DNA of 64,000 bases. Source: a virus. Of the stretch, positions 1 through 11,030 are shown one piece after another. The stretch is from IMG/VR virus record IMGVR_UViG_3300017989_000002. One strand, given 5' to 3'. The notes beneath the pieces were generated by a model. It was not told the DNA's origin, did no database searches, and saw only the letters and a list, made by a program, of their open reading frames with translations. Both the position numbers and the translations under genes were made by a program. Positions within the stretch are counted from its first letter, which is position 1. Each line of letters opens with the position of its first letter.

Positions 1-509
1 CAGGTCTTCAGGTGCCCGTCATACCAGCCGGAGGACGGAACTCCGCCTTCGTGACCCTGCCGGTCGCCGGCGTGATCTCGCGGTCCTGTGCCGTGAACAC
101 GCCCTTCACGATGACGAGCGGAACGGTGCGGACCCACCCGTCCTCCCCTCGGTCGACGGACTCGGGGAACAGGACCAGCGTGTACGCCTGGTCCGCCAGC
201 CCGCCTTGGTCCACCAGGGCGTTCTCCTTCAGGGCGAGCGACCGCGCTGCCGCTGCGGGAGTCTTGCTCGTGACCTGGAGGGCGGTGACCGGCAGCACCT
301 TCTTGGCCTTGCCGGCCCACGCCGCCGTCGACAGGTCGAGCCCCCGGGCTGACCCCCTCAGCTGGAGGACCGGCTTGCCGTCCTTCAGGTCCGGCACCGA
401 CATGTAGATGACGTGCGCCGAGAGCGCGCGCAGCTTGCTGCAGACCGACACGAACACCACGAACCACCTCCCGGAACCCGTCGCATAAGAGCCTGACGAG
501 GAGACCTTC

Positions 510-1241
510 ATGTATGTACCCCACCAGCCGCACCCCGAGGGACGGCGCGAGCTGACGAACGCCATCAGGGAGTCCCTGGCGGACGACAGCGTAGACCTGC
601 CCTACGGGAGCCAGCTCCCCCGCGTCGGGTTTCTTCCCCATGACGACGAGGGGATCCTGATGGACATCTTCTGCGAGATGACCGACGCCGGTCCGGTGTC
701 GAACCTCATCGCCGAGCCGCTCATCAACGAGGCCCACAACATCTTGGAGGGCCTCGACGAGGGCATCTACACCGAGGCCGTAGCCAGGTCGATGCACCGG
801 GAGTGGACTGCCAAGATCGAAGAGTGGCTGTGGGGCATGACCCCCGAGCACAAGAAGTTCGACGCCCTCGTGGACCACTCCGTGTGTGAGTGGCTGTGGG
901 ACACGGTCTACTCGATGGACGGCGGAGGGGCCTGGATGTACATCCGGTCGAAGCGCTTCGACCACGTGGTGGCGGAGCTGCCCGTCGAGAAGACCATCGA
1001 CGAGATCGCTGCCATCGTGGCCGTCCTCGAGCCCGACGCCTTCATCTGCGTCTGGGACTACGACGGCGTCTACATCTACTGCTCCCCCAACATCCAGAAC
1101 TGCGGGGAGACGAAGAACCACACCGACTGCGTGGGCGGCGTCAACACCGACGGACCCCACCCCACCTACGTCCTCCCGAAGGACATCCTCAAAGGCGCCC
1201 TCGAGATCGCCGATGCTGCGGGACTGCTCCATGACCGATGA
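510..1241 (+). CDS. Hypothetical protein, paralogous C-terminus with the next gene
   Basis: GAGGAG RBS and CGCATAAG motif upstream; ends in C-x-G-x-V...GPH-x-x-x-VLP. Confidence 0.75.
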   Translation: MYVPHQPHPEGRRELTNAIRESLADDSVDLPYGSQLPRVGFLPHDDEGILMDIFCEMTDAGPVSNLIAEPLINEAHNILEGLDEGIYTEAVARSMHREWTAKIEEWLWGMTPEHKKFDALVDHSVCEWLWDTVYSMDGGGAWMYIRSKRFDHVVAELPVEKTIDEIAAIVAVLEPDAFICVWDYDGVYIYCSPNIQNCGETKNHTDCVGGVNTDGPHPTYVLPKDILKGALEIADAAGLLHDR

Positions 1242-1812
1242 ACCGCCCTACGTAGCCGTCTACCCCTGCACCGAAGGCGTGCTGGACTGGGCGGCCCACA
1301 CCCTCATCCCCATCGACCGCGCGACGTTCGATCACCACCAGAAGCTCAAGCCCATCTACGACGTCGCCCAGAAGTGGGAGATCGACGAGGTCAGCGGGGT
1401 GGCCCTCCGCTCCGCCCTCCGGGACTTCAACGCCGAGCACAAGATGGACTTGCGCCTGCAGGACCTCGGCTGCTTTCCGGTCGACCCGACCCACCTGTTC
1501 GTCGACGCCGGCGACTGGATCCTGTGGACGGACTCCCCCGAGGAGATCTTGGCGTCGGACTCCATGAACATCGAGCTCGCCGCCTACGGGGCGGAGGAGC
1601 GCGTGCGATGGGCCGCCCTCTACCTGCCGGAGACCTCGACGCTGACGGTCTACCGATCGAGCCGCCTGGACGGGAGGTCTCCTCTTCCTGACCACATCCG
1701 TGACCTCACCGACCTGCCGGCATGCACCGGCCGCGTCCGAGGTCCTCACCAAGCCTTCGTCCTGCCGCCCGGCATCGAAGGCCTCATCACCCAGGAGCGT
1801 GGACGTGGCTGA
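1231..1812 (+). CDS. Hypothetical protein (MTDEPPY...)
   Basis: ATG overlaps the upstream gene; GC3-rich frame; CTGRVRGPHQAFVLP. Confidence 0.7.
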   Translation: MTDEPPYVAVYPCTEGVLDWAAHTLIPIDRATFDHHQKLKPIYDVAQKWEIDEVSGVALRSALRDFNAEHKMDLRLQDLGCFPVDPTHLFVDAGDWILWTDSPEEILASDSMNIELAAYGAEERVRWAALYLPETSTLTVYRSSRLDGRSPLPDHIRDLTDLPACTGRVRGPHQAFVLPPGIEGLITQERGRG

Positions 1813-2139
1813 CACCTACCTGCTCGAGTGGAAGAAGTTCACAGCGGAACCCGTGTTCCACCCGGTGCGCGTCGTCAACGTGACGCCGGTGGACAACGAC
1901 GGTCCGTGGGTCGAGTTCGAGTTCATCGGGGGGCCCATGCACGGGCAGCGCAGCGGGTCCCCCTTCGTTCACATCATCTCCGAGAAGGAGAAGGGGATCA
2001 TCACCGCTGCCAGCGACGACATCTACCTCAAGTCCGAGCAGATCAAGCAGATCCGCGCGGGCTGCCGCAAGTCCTACCAGGACATCAACACCAGCCTCGC
2101 CTCATTCGAGCGCGACCTCTCTCACCTCGTGGAGTGACC

Positions 2140-3291
2140 ATGACCGACCCGATGCCCCGTACGATGACCCACCACACCCCCGGCGTCAGCTACGAAGACC
2201 AGGCCCGTGAGGCCGCCAAGTACGCCGAGGACAAGATGCAGGCCCTCTTCGCCAAGGGCCGCGCCGACCTCCCCGGCTTCCTCGATGCGCTCGACCACGA
2301 GGCCGCCGGCCGCGAGGACAGCGTGCTCGCCGCCCGAGGCCTCCGCTTCGACGTCGGGGAGAACGACGAGGTGCGCATGCACTTCGGCAACGACGACGTC
2401 GCCCGCGACTACGGGCTGCACGACCACGCGGTCGGGCAGCTGATGACCCGCGGAGCCATCAACGTCCCCAGCCGCTTCGGCCGCGACCTGGCCCAGGGTC
2501 CGCGCTGGCAGCGCGACCTCCTCGCCCACAACCTCAACGAGATCTACGAGCGCTCCGACGGCAAGGTGCTCGTCCGCGCCGTCCACGGCAAGGCCAAGGG
2601 CGTGCTCTCCGACCGCTACGCCATCATGGACACCCGTCCGCTGATGGCCGCCTTCGCCGAGGAGACGACGAAGCTGGGGGCCGTGCCGATCATGACGCAC
2701 CGGATGGAGGTCCGGAACGCCATCAAGGTGATGCTCCCCCGCATCTTCTCGCCCGTCGGCTTCGAGCGCATCGCGCTGGGCCTCATGTTCCGCAACAGCG
2801 ACTACGGCTCGGGCGCCCTCGACATCCGCGTGTTCGCCCTGCGCCTGTGGTGCACGAACTTCGCGACGATGGAGTCGGAGCTCCGCAAGGTCCACCTCGG
2901 CTCGCGCATGATCGAGGGCATCGCCCTGTCGCACGAGACGCACGGGAAGGTCCAGGACGCACTGATGTCGGCCATCCGCGACATCGTGTCCCAGACCCTC
3001 AACGAGGACGCCCTCGAGGCCATGATGGGCCGCATCACCGCCTCGCACGAGAAGGAGCTCGGCTCGACCGAGTCCGTGGTGAACCTGCTCCGGGGCCAGT
3101 TCGGCGTGAAGAAGGCCAAGGAGATCGCCGAGGTGTTCAACGGCGGCGACGTGCCCGTCGAGGCCCTGCCGCCCGGGCGGACGCAGTACCGCCTGTCCCA
3201 GGCCGTGGGCTGGTGGGCGCAGAACCAGGAGAAGCAGGAGGACCGTCTCGACGCCGAGATGGCCGCCGGCAAGCTCCTGGCGGTCGCGTGA
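2140..3291 (+). CDS. DUF932/DUF945-like phage protein
   Basis: Motifs VLSDRY, NSDYGSG, RLWCTN, HLG; GGAG RBS before the ATG at 2140. Confidence 0.7.
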   Translation: MTDPMPRTMTHHTPGVSYEDQAREAAKYAEDKMQALFAKGRADLPGFLDALDHEAAGREDSVLAARGLRFDVGENDEVRMHFGNDDVARDYGLHDHAVGQLMTRGAINVPSRFGRDLAQGPRWQRDLLAHNLNEIYERSDGKVLVRAVHGKAKGVLSDRYAIMDTRPLMAAFAEETTKLGAVPIMTHRMEVRNAIKVMLPRIFSPVGFERIALGLMFRNSDYGSGALDIRVFALRLWCTNFATMESELRKVHLGSRMIEGIALSHETHGKVQDALMSAIRDIVSQTLNEDALEAMMGRITASHEKELGSTESVVNLLRGQFGVKKAKEIAEVFNGGDVPVEALPPGRTQYRLSQAVGWWAQNQEKQEDRLDAEMAAGKLLAVA

Positions 3292-4105
3292 GCGCCGGCG
3301 AGACGGCCGAGAAGGTCCTCGACGAGCTGACTCAGCTCGTCGGGGGCGACCGGGCCAAGGCCGCCCACATGCTCAACACGCGCCTGCGCGCCAACGTCAA
3401 CCCGCTGGAGGTCATCGAGCTCAAGGCCAAGGTCGACGTCCTGCTGCAGTACCTCGAGGACGGCTCCCGTGTGAAGAAGAAGGAGATCGCCACCCTCGCG
3501 GAGCGGCAGACCAGCCAGACGCTGTACGCCCACCTGAACGCCATCAAGAAGGACCTGGGAATCACATGAAGACCACCATCACGCTGAAGCTCGGGGACGC
3601 CGAGCACACCATCGAGGCCGCCAACTTCATGCTGCTCGTCGAGGATGAGGACGGCAGCCTGACGACCTCGGGCATGGTCGGCGGCACCGAAGCCGTCGGC
3701 TGGGCCAAGGCCGACATGTTCCGCAAGTTCGCGACGACGCTGGCGGAGGACCCGATCGTGGAGCTCAAGCTCCTCGGGCAGCAGATCCTCGGCGTCTACC
3801 AGGGCTGGAAGCGCGGCGTCCACGAGGCGTCGGACGCGAGACGGAAGAAGCGGTGACGACCTTCTACGTCTGGGGCGGATCGCTCCGCGGTGTCGAGGTC
3901 GAGGCCTCGGATGCTCGAGGGGCCTTCATCCAGGCCGTCGTGGACCAGGCGTTCTGCCTGGTCCACGGCACGGTCCGGGTGAGCATGTTCCAGGGCACGC
4001 CAGACCCCTCCGACACCTTCTACACCTTCGTCGACGAGGCCGACTTCGCCCGGCAGTTCCCGGAGCTCGCGAACCACCCGGACCTCGACCTGGTGGCCGA
4101 GCGGG

Positions 4106-4618
4106 TCATGGCGTCGAGAGACTGACTCCGAGGCCGACGCCGGTGCCGACCAGGACCGCCGCAGCGATGCCGCCGACGACGATGTAGGCGACGTTCCGCT
4201 GCCGTCGGAAGCGGTCTCGGTCGGCCTCGGCGACCCGGAGGTCGACCGTGAGCGTGGCGGTCTGCTGCAGGAGAGAGTCCATCTGCACCGTGTCGGTGTC
4301 GAACTGCTCCTTCATCGTGGCCCAGGCCGTCGCCGAGGAGACCCCGCACTCGATGGCCGCGTCCCGGCACTCGGTGAGGGCCCGCTCCAGCTGGGGGACG
4401 GCGCGCGCGTTCGCGAGGGCGGTGCGGAGCGCGTCGTCCCGGATGAGCCAGTACCTGCGCTCGACCCGGAAGGTCCAGCGGTCGTCGCCGTCTACGACCT
4501 CGATGGCCTGCCCCTCGACCACAGGACCAACGACCTTGGCGTCGTCGACGACCGGCTCATCGAGGGCCGTGTCTTGGGCGTGAGAGAGGGACAGGCAGAG
4601 CAGTAGGGCGAGCATCAC
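4106..4618 (-). CDS. Signal peptide, coiled coil and C-terminal TM protein (possible lysis/spanin-like)
   Basis: MMLALLLCLSLSHAQ signal; heptad region; C-terminal VAYIVVGGIAAAVLVGTGVGLG. Confidence 0.55.
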   Translation of the reverse strand: MMLALLLCLSLSHAQDTALDEPVVDDAKVVGPVVEGQAIEVVDGDDRWTFRVERRYWLIRDDALRTALANARAVPQLERALTECRDAAIECGVSSATAWATMKEQFDTDTVQMDSLLQQTATLTVDLRVAEADRDRFRRQRNVAYIVVGGIAAAVLVGTGVGLGVSLSTP

Positions 4619-4971
4619 AGGAGCCTGTTCGCGTCGTCACGCACGGCGTCGTCACTGGCTTGGTCCATGCGGTCTTGCTCTCGTCCCACAGCACCCAAGC
4701 CACCGTCCGCGGCCCGCTTGCCCGCATCCGCGGCGTCCTGCGCGTCCTGCGCCTGCCGCTGGGCCTCGGCCAAGTTCTTCGCTCGACGGCGCACGCCCTC
4801 GAGCACTGCAGCCCCGCCGCCCGTCACGATCACCGCCTCACGAGGCGAAGCGAAGGCGGAGACGAGGAGGAACGTGCCCAGCAGCAGGATGATCGCCGCG
4901 AGAACGACGATGATCTTGGTCTGGGTCGACAGACCCGACCACCACTTCCCGAGCGCCTTGAGCACGGCCAT
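4615..4971 (-). CDS. N-terminal TM plus coiled-coil protein (i-spanin-like)
   Basis: IIVVLAAIILLLGTFLLV followed by an Ala/Gln-rich helix; overlaps its neighbour. Confidence 0.55.
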   Translation of the reverse strand: MAVLKALGKWWSGLSTQTKIIVVLAAIILLLGTFLLVSAFASPREAVIVTGGGAAVLEGVRRRAKNLAEAQRQAQDAQDAADAGKRAADGGLGAVGREQDRMDQASDDAVRDDANRLL

Positions 4972-4973
4972 GC

Positions 4974-5348
4974 CTACTCCATCAGGATGGCCGGGGTCTC
5001 CGGGTCATCCAGGTCTGGTTCCGCGTCGTCCCAGTCGATGAGGACGCCCTCGAGGGCCTCGACTGCCGAGGCAGCCAGACTGGATCCGGTTTCCAGCGGC
5101 GCCGAGGCGGCAGAGGCGAGGGACCCCGGCATCTTCGCGTACACGTCGACAGCCGACTGCCCGAAGATGTGAGACACCTGCACGAAGCCCAGCGTCATGA
5201 CCATCGCCGTCAGGGGCACGTAGTGCACCTGCATCATCGCTCCGAAGATGATGAGCACGGGCCACGTCACCACGGCCAGGAGGAGGTTGAGGAACTTCCT
5301 GCTGGTGAGGGGAGACGGCTTCGTGACGGCGGCAACCTGAGACACCAC
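4974..5348 (-). CDS. Holin-like small membrane protein
   Basis: TSRKF then two hydrophobic helices and an acidic tail; GGAGG RBS. Confidence 0.5.
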   Translation of the reverse strand: MVSQVAAVTKPSPLTSRKFLNLLLAVVTWPVLIIFGAMMQVHYVPLTAMVMTLGFVQVSHIFGQSAVDVYAKMPGSLASAASAPLETGSSLAASAVEALEGVLIDWDDAEPDLDDPETPAILME

Positions 5349-5766
5349 TGACCTCCTGCCCGGAGGCTAACGCACGGAGGCCTGCTATGGCCAGACGAAG
5401 AAGCCCTGGCGGCACCGTGGGGATCCCCTACATGGTGTTCGCCTACGACGAAGAGGCCGGCCTCGCCTACGTCGGGAGGTCCCGCGCGCTGGGGGCCGAC
5501 ACCAAGGAACTGCAGCACCTCCAGCGCATCCACCAGCTCTCTCCCGGCGACATGGTCTACCTGGACAAGTCCTGGTGGTACCTCGGGCCAGAAGGCTGGA
5601 GGCCTGCCGACCCTGGCGGCCTCGACGCTCCCGTCTACGGCGGCCGAGCCTGGGACCAGACGTTCGCCAGCGAGCTCCTGGCCGACGATGACATCTACGA
5701 CCGAACCACCATCCCACGAGCTGACGCGGTGCGCCGCAAGCTCCCCGACCTGAAGAGGACCTCCGA

Positions 5767-6984
5767 ATGACCATGACCATCACGCTCTCGGCAGACCAGG
5801 AGGTCGCCCAGGAGACCATCCTGGACCTACTCCGCAACCCCGTCGGCTCCGACATCGTCCTCGTGGGCGCCGCCGGCTGCGGCAAGACCACCCTGATGCG
5901 CTCGACCATCCAGATCGTCGAGGAGGAGCTCGGGCGCGCATGCACCCTGCTCGCACCGACGGGGAAGGCCGCCTTCCGCCTGTCCGAGGTCACCGGGCGT
6001 GCGTGCTCGACTGTCCACAAGGCCCTCTACCCGCGGGTCTCCCGGGACAAGGCGACCGGCGAACTCCACTTCCACAGCCCCCAGGGCGTGTGCGGCCCGG
6101 GACAGCTCGCGGTCATCGACGAGGCCTCGATGGTGGGTCCCAAGCTCTACAACGACATCCACCAGAGCCTGCCGGCGCGCGCGCAGGTCCTCTACGTCGG
6201 CGACAAGGAGCAGCTCATGCCCGTCGACCCCAAGGCCAAGCCGGGCTCCCCCACGTGGGGGCCGTCGATGGAGGAGCCCGACGCCGAGCTCACGAAGGTC
6301 CACCGCCAGCAGGACGGCAACCCCATCCTGGCCTACGCCACCGCCATCCGGGAGGGGTGGGGCAACGACTGGAGCCAGACCTACGAGCACGACAGCGACC
6401 AGCTGCAGGTCTACCGGGGGTACCAGTCGGCGATGAAGTGGACCCTCGACCAGTACAAGGCTGGCCTGGACGCCACGGTCCTGACCTACACGAACCGCAT
6501 GCGGCACAAGCTCAACCGCGACATCCGCCAAGGGCTCGGCCTGTACCGGGAGGGCCCGGTCGTGCCCGGCGACCGTCTGCTGGTTCGCGTCAACAACCAC
6601 GACCTCCAGCTCATGAACGGCGAGGTCGTGACCGTCGAGGCGGTCGAGCACGCCGTGTCCGACATCTGCGCCAACGCCGTGGTCGTCCACACCGAGCGAG
6701 GATCCTTCCTCCTCAACCTGGACTACTTCAACGGCAGCAAGAACCACTACATCGAGTGGAAGCAGAAGCGGGCGAAGCGAGACCCGGTGTGGGTTCACTG
6801 CGACCACGGGTTCGCTCTGACCATCCACGCCTCGCAGGGCTCGGAGTGGGAGCGGGTGTGCGTCGTCGTCGACGGGGCCGTGCTTCGCCGGACCCGAGAG
6901 AGCCCGGACGAGGGTCGTCGGATGATCTACACCGCCGTCACCAGAGCGCGGGACCAGCTCGCAATGGTGTGGGGCGTGTCGTAG
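5767..6984 (+). CDS. SF1B Dda/RecD-like DNA helicase
   Basis: GAAGCGKT, LAPTGKAA, IDEASM, GDKEQL, HRQ, TIHASQGSE, YTAVTRA. Confidence 0.9.
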   Translation: MTMTITLSADQEVAQETILDLLRNPVGSDIVLVGAAGCGKTTLMRSTIQIVEEELGRACTLLAPTGKAAFRLSEVTGRACSTVHKALYPRVSRDKATGELHFHSPQGVCGPGQLAVIDEASMVGPKLYNDIHQSLPARAQVLYVGDKEQLMPVDPKAKPGSPTWGPSMEEPDAELTKVHRQQDGNPILAYATAIREGWGNDWSQTYEHDSDQLQVYRGYQSAMKWTLDQYKAGLDATVLTYTNRMRHKLNRDIRQGLGLYREGPVVPGDRLLVRVNNHDLQLMNGEVVTVEAVEHAVSDICANAVVVHTERGSFLLNLDYFNGSKNHYIEWKQKRAKRDPVWVHCDHGFALTIHASQGSEWERVCVVVDGAVLRRTRESPDEGRRMIYTAVTRARDQLAMVWGVS

Positions 6985-7048
6985 CCTACGTGTCCCGCAG
7001 GCTCTGCAGGGTATACACGTAGACGAAGACCCCTGGAGGCTGCTCCAC

Positions 7049-7741
7049 ATGGACACCCGACGCGTCGTCCTGCTCCCCGGACTCACCCACGCCTGCGCGT
7101 GGGGGTCCGTCGCCATCATGCTCGCCGGTGCCGTGCTCCTCGCCGCCCTGCCCGGAGGGACCCGCGCCATCAAGAAGAGCGTCGCGGGCTTCCATATCGA
7201 GGACACCGCAGAGCCTCTGTCCTCGGACGATCACGATGACCTGGCTGTGGACCCCCAGGTCATCGTGGACAACTCCTACGTGGGCTACACCGTGTGGAGG
7301 CTGCACGGAGACAGCTTGTCCGACTGGCGGGTGGGGTTCAGCAATCCAGCAGCGGATGCCGTGATCGGGCACGCGGTCAGCGAGTGCGAGGGCTCTCCCG
7401 TGCTCGAGTGCTTTCCTGCCCTGAACAGCGAGGGCGGCGAGAAGTACGCAGATCTCGTGCGGTTCGCCCGAGACTCCGGGTCTCCGGTCTCGGTTGGCGT
7501 CACCGCGCTCAAGACCAAGGACGGCGCCCAGAGGTACTTCTACAGCACCATCACGCCCGTGGACGATGGTCATGTGGTCCTGAACTACCACAACCTCTTC
7601 GACAACGCCTCGGAGGGCCTCCCCGCCGACTACATGATCGGCATGGAGATGTCGGATCTCCAGGTGTTGCGTGCACAGCTCCGGTCCATGGAGACTGCCC
7701 TGGACCGGGTCTCGAAGGAGGTCGTGGAGCATGGCAGATGA
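7049..7741 (+). CDS. Membrane-anchored PAS-like domain protein with C-terminal coiled coil
   Basis: N-terminal TM; FSNPAA...IG...VLECFP...YFYSTITP pattern typical of a PAS fold. Confidence 0.55.
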   Translation: MDTRRVVLLPGLTHACAWGSVAIMLAGAVLLAALPGGTRAIKKSVAGFHIEDTAEPLSSDDHDDLAVDPQVIVDNSYVGYTVWRLHGDSLSDWRVGFSNPAADAVIGHAVSECEGSPVLECFPALNSEGGEKYADLVRFARDSGSPVSVGVTALKTKDGAQRYFYSTITPVDDGHVVLNYHNLFDNASEGLPADYMIGMEMSDLQVLRAQLRSMETALDRVSKEVVEHGR

Positions 7742-8012
7742 GAAGAAGCCAGACACGATCACCGTGCCCGCCTGGGTCCGTACCATCGTCATCGCGCTGT
7801 TCATCGCGTCGGTGCCGAGCCTGACGTTGTGGCAGGTGAACCTCGAGTACCGCATGCGGTTGTCCGAGGAGAAGGATGACCAGGCCGAGCGTGATTCCGA
7901 GACGCTGCGGCGTATCGAGAACGACGTCGCCGTGGTGAAGACCCAGATGAAGTACGTCCACGCCACCCTCCTGCGACTGGAGGGGCGTGTCGAGACCTCT
8001 GCATCCCCGTAG
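7731..8012 (+). CDS. Small TM plus coiled-coil protein (holin/XhlA-like)
   Basis: WVRTIVIALFIASV TM then heptads; GGAG RBS. Confidence 0.5.
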   Translation: MADEKKPDTITVPAWVRTIVIALFIASVPSLTLWQVNLEYRMRLSEEKDDQAERDSETLRRIENDVAVVKTQMKYVHATLLRLEGRVETSASP

Positions 8013-8899
8013 GTCCCGGGTCGCATAAGGGCCTGGGAGGCCCTACATGTACATGAACGTCCCGCACGAGATGCACGCTGCGGTGAATGTGGTGTGCGCC
8101 GACGGTACGATAGACCTCACCACGCCCTACGAGTACATCCGTGAGTGGCTGTGGCTCAACGAGACCCAGGACGCGATGATCGCTCGCATCGTCGCGTACG
8201 AGCTCGCTGACCGCCCGGACCTGTCCGACACCGTCCGTGAGCACATGGGCCGTGACCGCTACAGCGACCTCATGCACCAAGACCGCGAGCAGCTCCTCGA
8301 GACAGTGATGGACAACCTCATTGAGGTCGGCATCAGCAAGGAGCTGCGCAACGGATTCTACACCGACCTTGCGGGCCAGTACGCCGTCTGGCTGCCCGCG
8401 CCCCTACCATACTGAGGTGACCTGTGTCCGATGACACACCCATCTCCCAGCACACGGCCGCCGAAGGGTGGCCGTTCGACGCTGGGACTCTCGTCTACTG
8501 GTTCGACGCCCATTCCCGCCGCCGCGAGGGCTACTACCTGCGGCTCAACCTCGACGACCTCGAGGAGTGCTGGGGCGACGAAGAAGCCCGCCACGAGTTC
8601 ACGAGCCGCATGAGCGGCAGCGACAGCTCCTGCCTGGAGTGCGGAGCCGGCCTCGACGACGAGACCGGCGAGTGCGTGGCGGGCTGCATCCCGTTCGACG
8701 GGCACCCGCAGGAGGACAGCATCCGGTTCGAGACCGCGTACGGCATCCACGCGCGCGTCATCGACCGGGGCCTGTTCGAGAAGCGGAAGGACCCCGACAC
8801 CGGGCAGTTCCTTCCGGCCTGGCCTCCCGACCCCGACGACCCCGTCCTCGAGTTCCCTACCGAAGTTCCCCTCTCTCAGCTGACCGCCCTGGAGCCCTC

Positions 8900-10366
8900 A
8901 TGACCGACCTGCTGCACACCCACCACGACGACGGCTTCTCCGTCCTGTCCCTCGACCACCGCATGCGCCCCGAGACCCGCGCCATGCTGGCCGCGATGAG
9001 CTCGCGCATGCCCAAGGGCGGTGTCCGCCTGCGCTACGACGAGATCCTCGAGGGGATGCTCCCCGGCCTGCACCGCGAGGCATCGGCCCGCGAGCGCGGC
9101 CGCGACGCCGCCTACTGGCGCACGAAGGCCGAGAAGGTCCTGACGGTGCACGTCCCGCCGTACGTCCAGACCTTCATGGACAAGTTCGTGGGCAACTACG
9201 GGCACAGCTCCATCATGGAGCTCACGGGCTCGCCGACGGTGTTCGTCGAGGGCGTGTCCTGGTACACAGCCTGGCTGTCCTTCGACGGCCCGCTCGTGAA
9301 GGGCCAGGAGTTCAGCACGCGCGCCAAGGCGTACAAGGACTGGCCGATGTGCTTCGAGGCCGACGACGTGGAGCCCCTGGCGGAGCTGCACGAGCGGTGG
9401 CTCCAGGTGTTCGCGGCCGAGGTCGACTGGTGGAAGGACCACCTGACGAACGCGAAGAACCGGGAAGCCCTGGGCATCGCGGACAAGGAGCCCTTCCGTC
9501 CGGCCTACGACCGCGCGCGCTGGGCTCTGCCTGGAACCATCGCGACGGGCTTCGCCCACGCCGCCAACGTCCGGGACATGGGCCGCGTGATCAGCAACGC
9601 CCAGGCACTCGCCTACAACTGCTGGCGGGCCTCCGAGGGCAACAGCGAGCGGCCCTACGCCGTGTGGGAGGCCATCGAGGCCGCCTACAACGACGCGCTG
9701 CCAGCGCTGCGCGGCTACAGCCTCCGGACGGCGCTGACCTCGCCCGACGACCAGAGCGAGAACTGGCGGCGGGTCCCGGGCCACATGCTGTTCTGGGAGC
9801 AGGGCACGAACCACCGAGAGGTCCTGCGCGAGCTGCGCAAGCTCGACGCCATGACCTACTGCGGCCTGACGACCGACGGCGAGCACGACCACCGGCTGGC
9901 CTACGTGCGTGGCGACCAGGGCGGCTACATCGACCCGAGCCACAACCGCGCGCGCGCGCGGTTCACGACGGTCTGCTCCCTGGCGGTCGCGCGCGACTGG
10001 CACCGGCACCGGACGATGATGCCCTGGAACCTGACGCCCCTCCTCGCGCCCATCTACGGCGGCACGCCGGTCGTTCACCACGACTACGAGCCGAAGTCGG
10101 CCTACGCGCAGGAGCACACCGAAGGCCTGATGAAGCGCGCGGGCGAGGTCTACCGCGAGCTCCGCAAGGCGGGCGAGCACTACCTGTCCATGCTGGCGCT
10201 GCCCCTGGGGGCGGCCAGCCTGCTGGAAGGCGAGGGAGGCCTCCGCGACATGGTCTACATGCTGGAGCTGCGGTCCAAGGCCCACGGCACCAACTTCGAG
10301 TACCGGGCGCAGGCGCAGTCGGCGCTGGCCCAGCTCACCAACGACATCGACCTGGAGAGCCTGTGA
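8900..10366 (+). CDS. thyX: FAD-dependent thymidylate synthase (tandem ThyX-domain type)
   Basis: YGHSSI.EL, QEFSTR, DRARWALP, RDWHRHR, ELRS. Confidence 0.8.
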   Translation: MTDLLHTHHDDGFSVLSLDHRMRPETRAMLAAMSSRMPKGGVRLRYDEILEGMLPGLHREASARERGRDAAYWRTKAEKVLTVHVPPYVQTFMDKFVGNYGHSSIMELTGSPTVFVEGVSWYTAWLSFDGPLVKGQEFSTRAKAYKDWPMCFEADDVEPLAELHERWLQVFAAEVDWWKDHLTNAKNREALGIADKEPFRPAYDRARWALPGTIATGFAHAANVRDMGRVISNAQALAYNCWRASEGNSERPYAVWEAIEAAYNDALPALRGYSLRTALTSPDDQSENWRRVPGHMLFWEQGTNHREVLRELRKLDAMTYCGLTTDGEHDHRLAYVRGDQGGYIDPSHNRARARFTTVCSLAVARDWHRHRTMMPWNLTPLLAPIYGGTPVVHHDYEPKSAYAQEHTEGLMKRAGEVYRELRKAGEHYLSMLALPLGAASLLEGEGGLRDMVYMLELRSKAHGTNFEYRAQAQSALAQLTNDIDLESL

Positions 10367-10607
10367 GCGGCGAACGCCTCAACACCGTGTACCCGGTCAA
10401 CACCCACGACCGGCTCCTCACCCTGGTCGCGCTCGGGCTCCTCCTGGGCGCGACCGTGGGCCCAGGAGTCTACTGCCACCGCAGCAGCGTGGCGCAGGTC
10501 GAGGCCTGCTTCGACCGCTGCGGGGGCTCTGCCTACTCCCCCAGCGGAGGATGCGTCCGCGACCGATGCTTCTGCATCCAGGAAGCCCCCAACCCCACGG
10601 AGAACCC

Positions 10608-11030
10608 ATGACCGACGTCAAGCCCGTGATCAAGCAGTCCGAGGAGGCACAGCGGCTCCTCCAGTTCGCCGTCGAGAACCGCCTGCCCTTCGCGATGATG
10701 CTCAACACCGAGATCCTGAACGTCATCCCGTGGGGTGGACCCATGTTCCCGTCGCGCGAGCGGAACATGGTGGTCATCGCGCTGGACGCCGGCACGTACG
10801 AGGCGCTGGATGGGCGCGGAGAGCCGCCCTCCGCCGGGCCCGAGCAGCTCCACGTCGTCCTCTCCTTCGGCGACCGGCTGCTGCGCTGCTCCATCCCCTT
10901 CATCGCGATCTACCAGATCGTCTTCGTGTTCGAGACCTCCGAGCAGGTCCTCACCCAGCCCACGCAAGGGGCTCAGGGAGGTCTGCGCCTGGTGGTGGAC
11001 AACACCCTGCCGGGAGGCATCGATGCGTAG
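10608..11030 (+). CDS. sspB: SspB-like ClpXP adaptor
   Basis: VLSFG...CSIPFIAI core and a C-terminal LRLVVDN ClpX-docking-like motif after a linker. Confidence 0.65.
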   Translation: MTDVKPVIKQSEEAQRLLQFAVENRLPFAMMLNTEILNVIPWGGPMFPSRERNMVVIALDAGTYEALDGRGEPPSAGPEQLHVVLSFGDRLLRCSIPFIAIYQIVFVFETSEQVLTQPTQGAQGGLRLVVDNTLPGGIDA

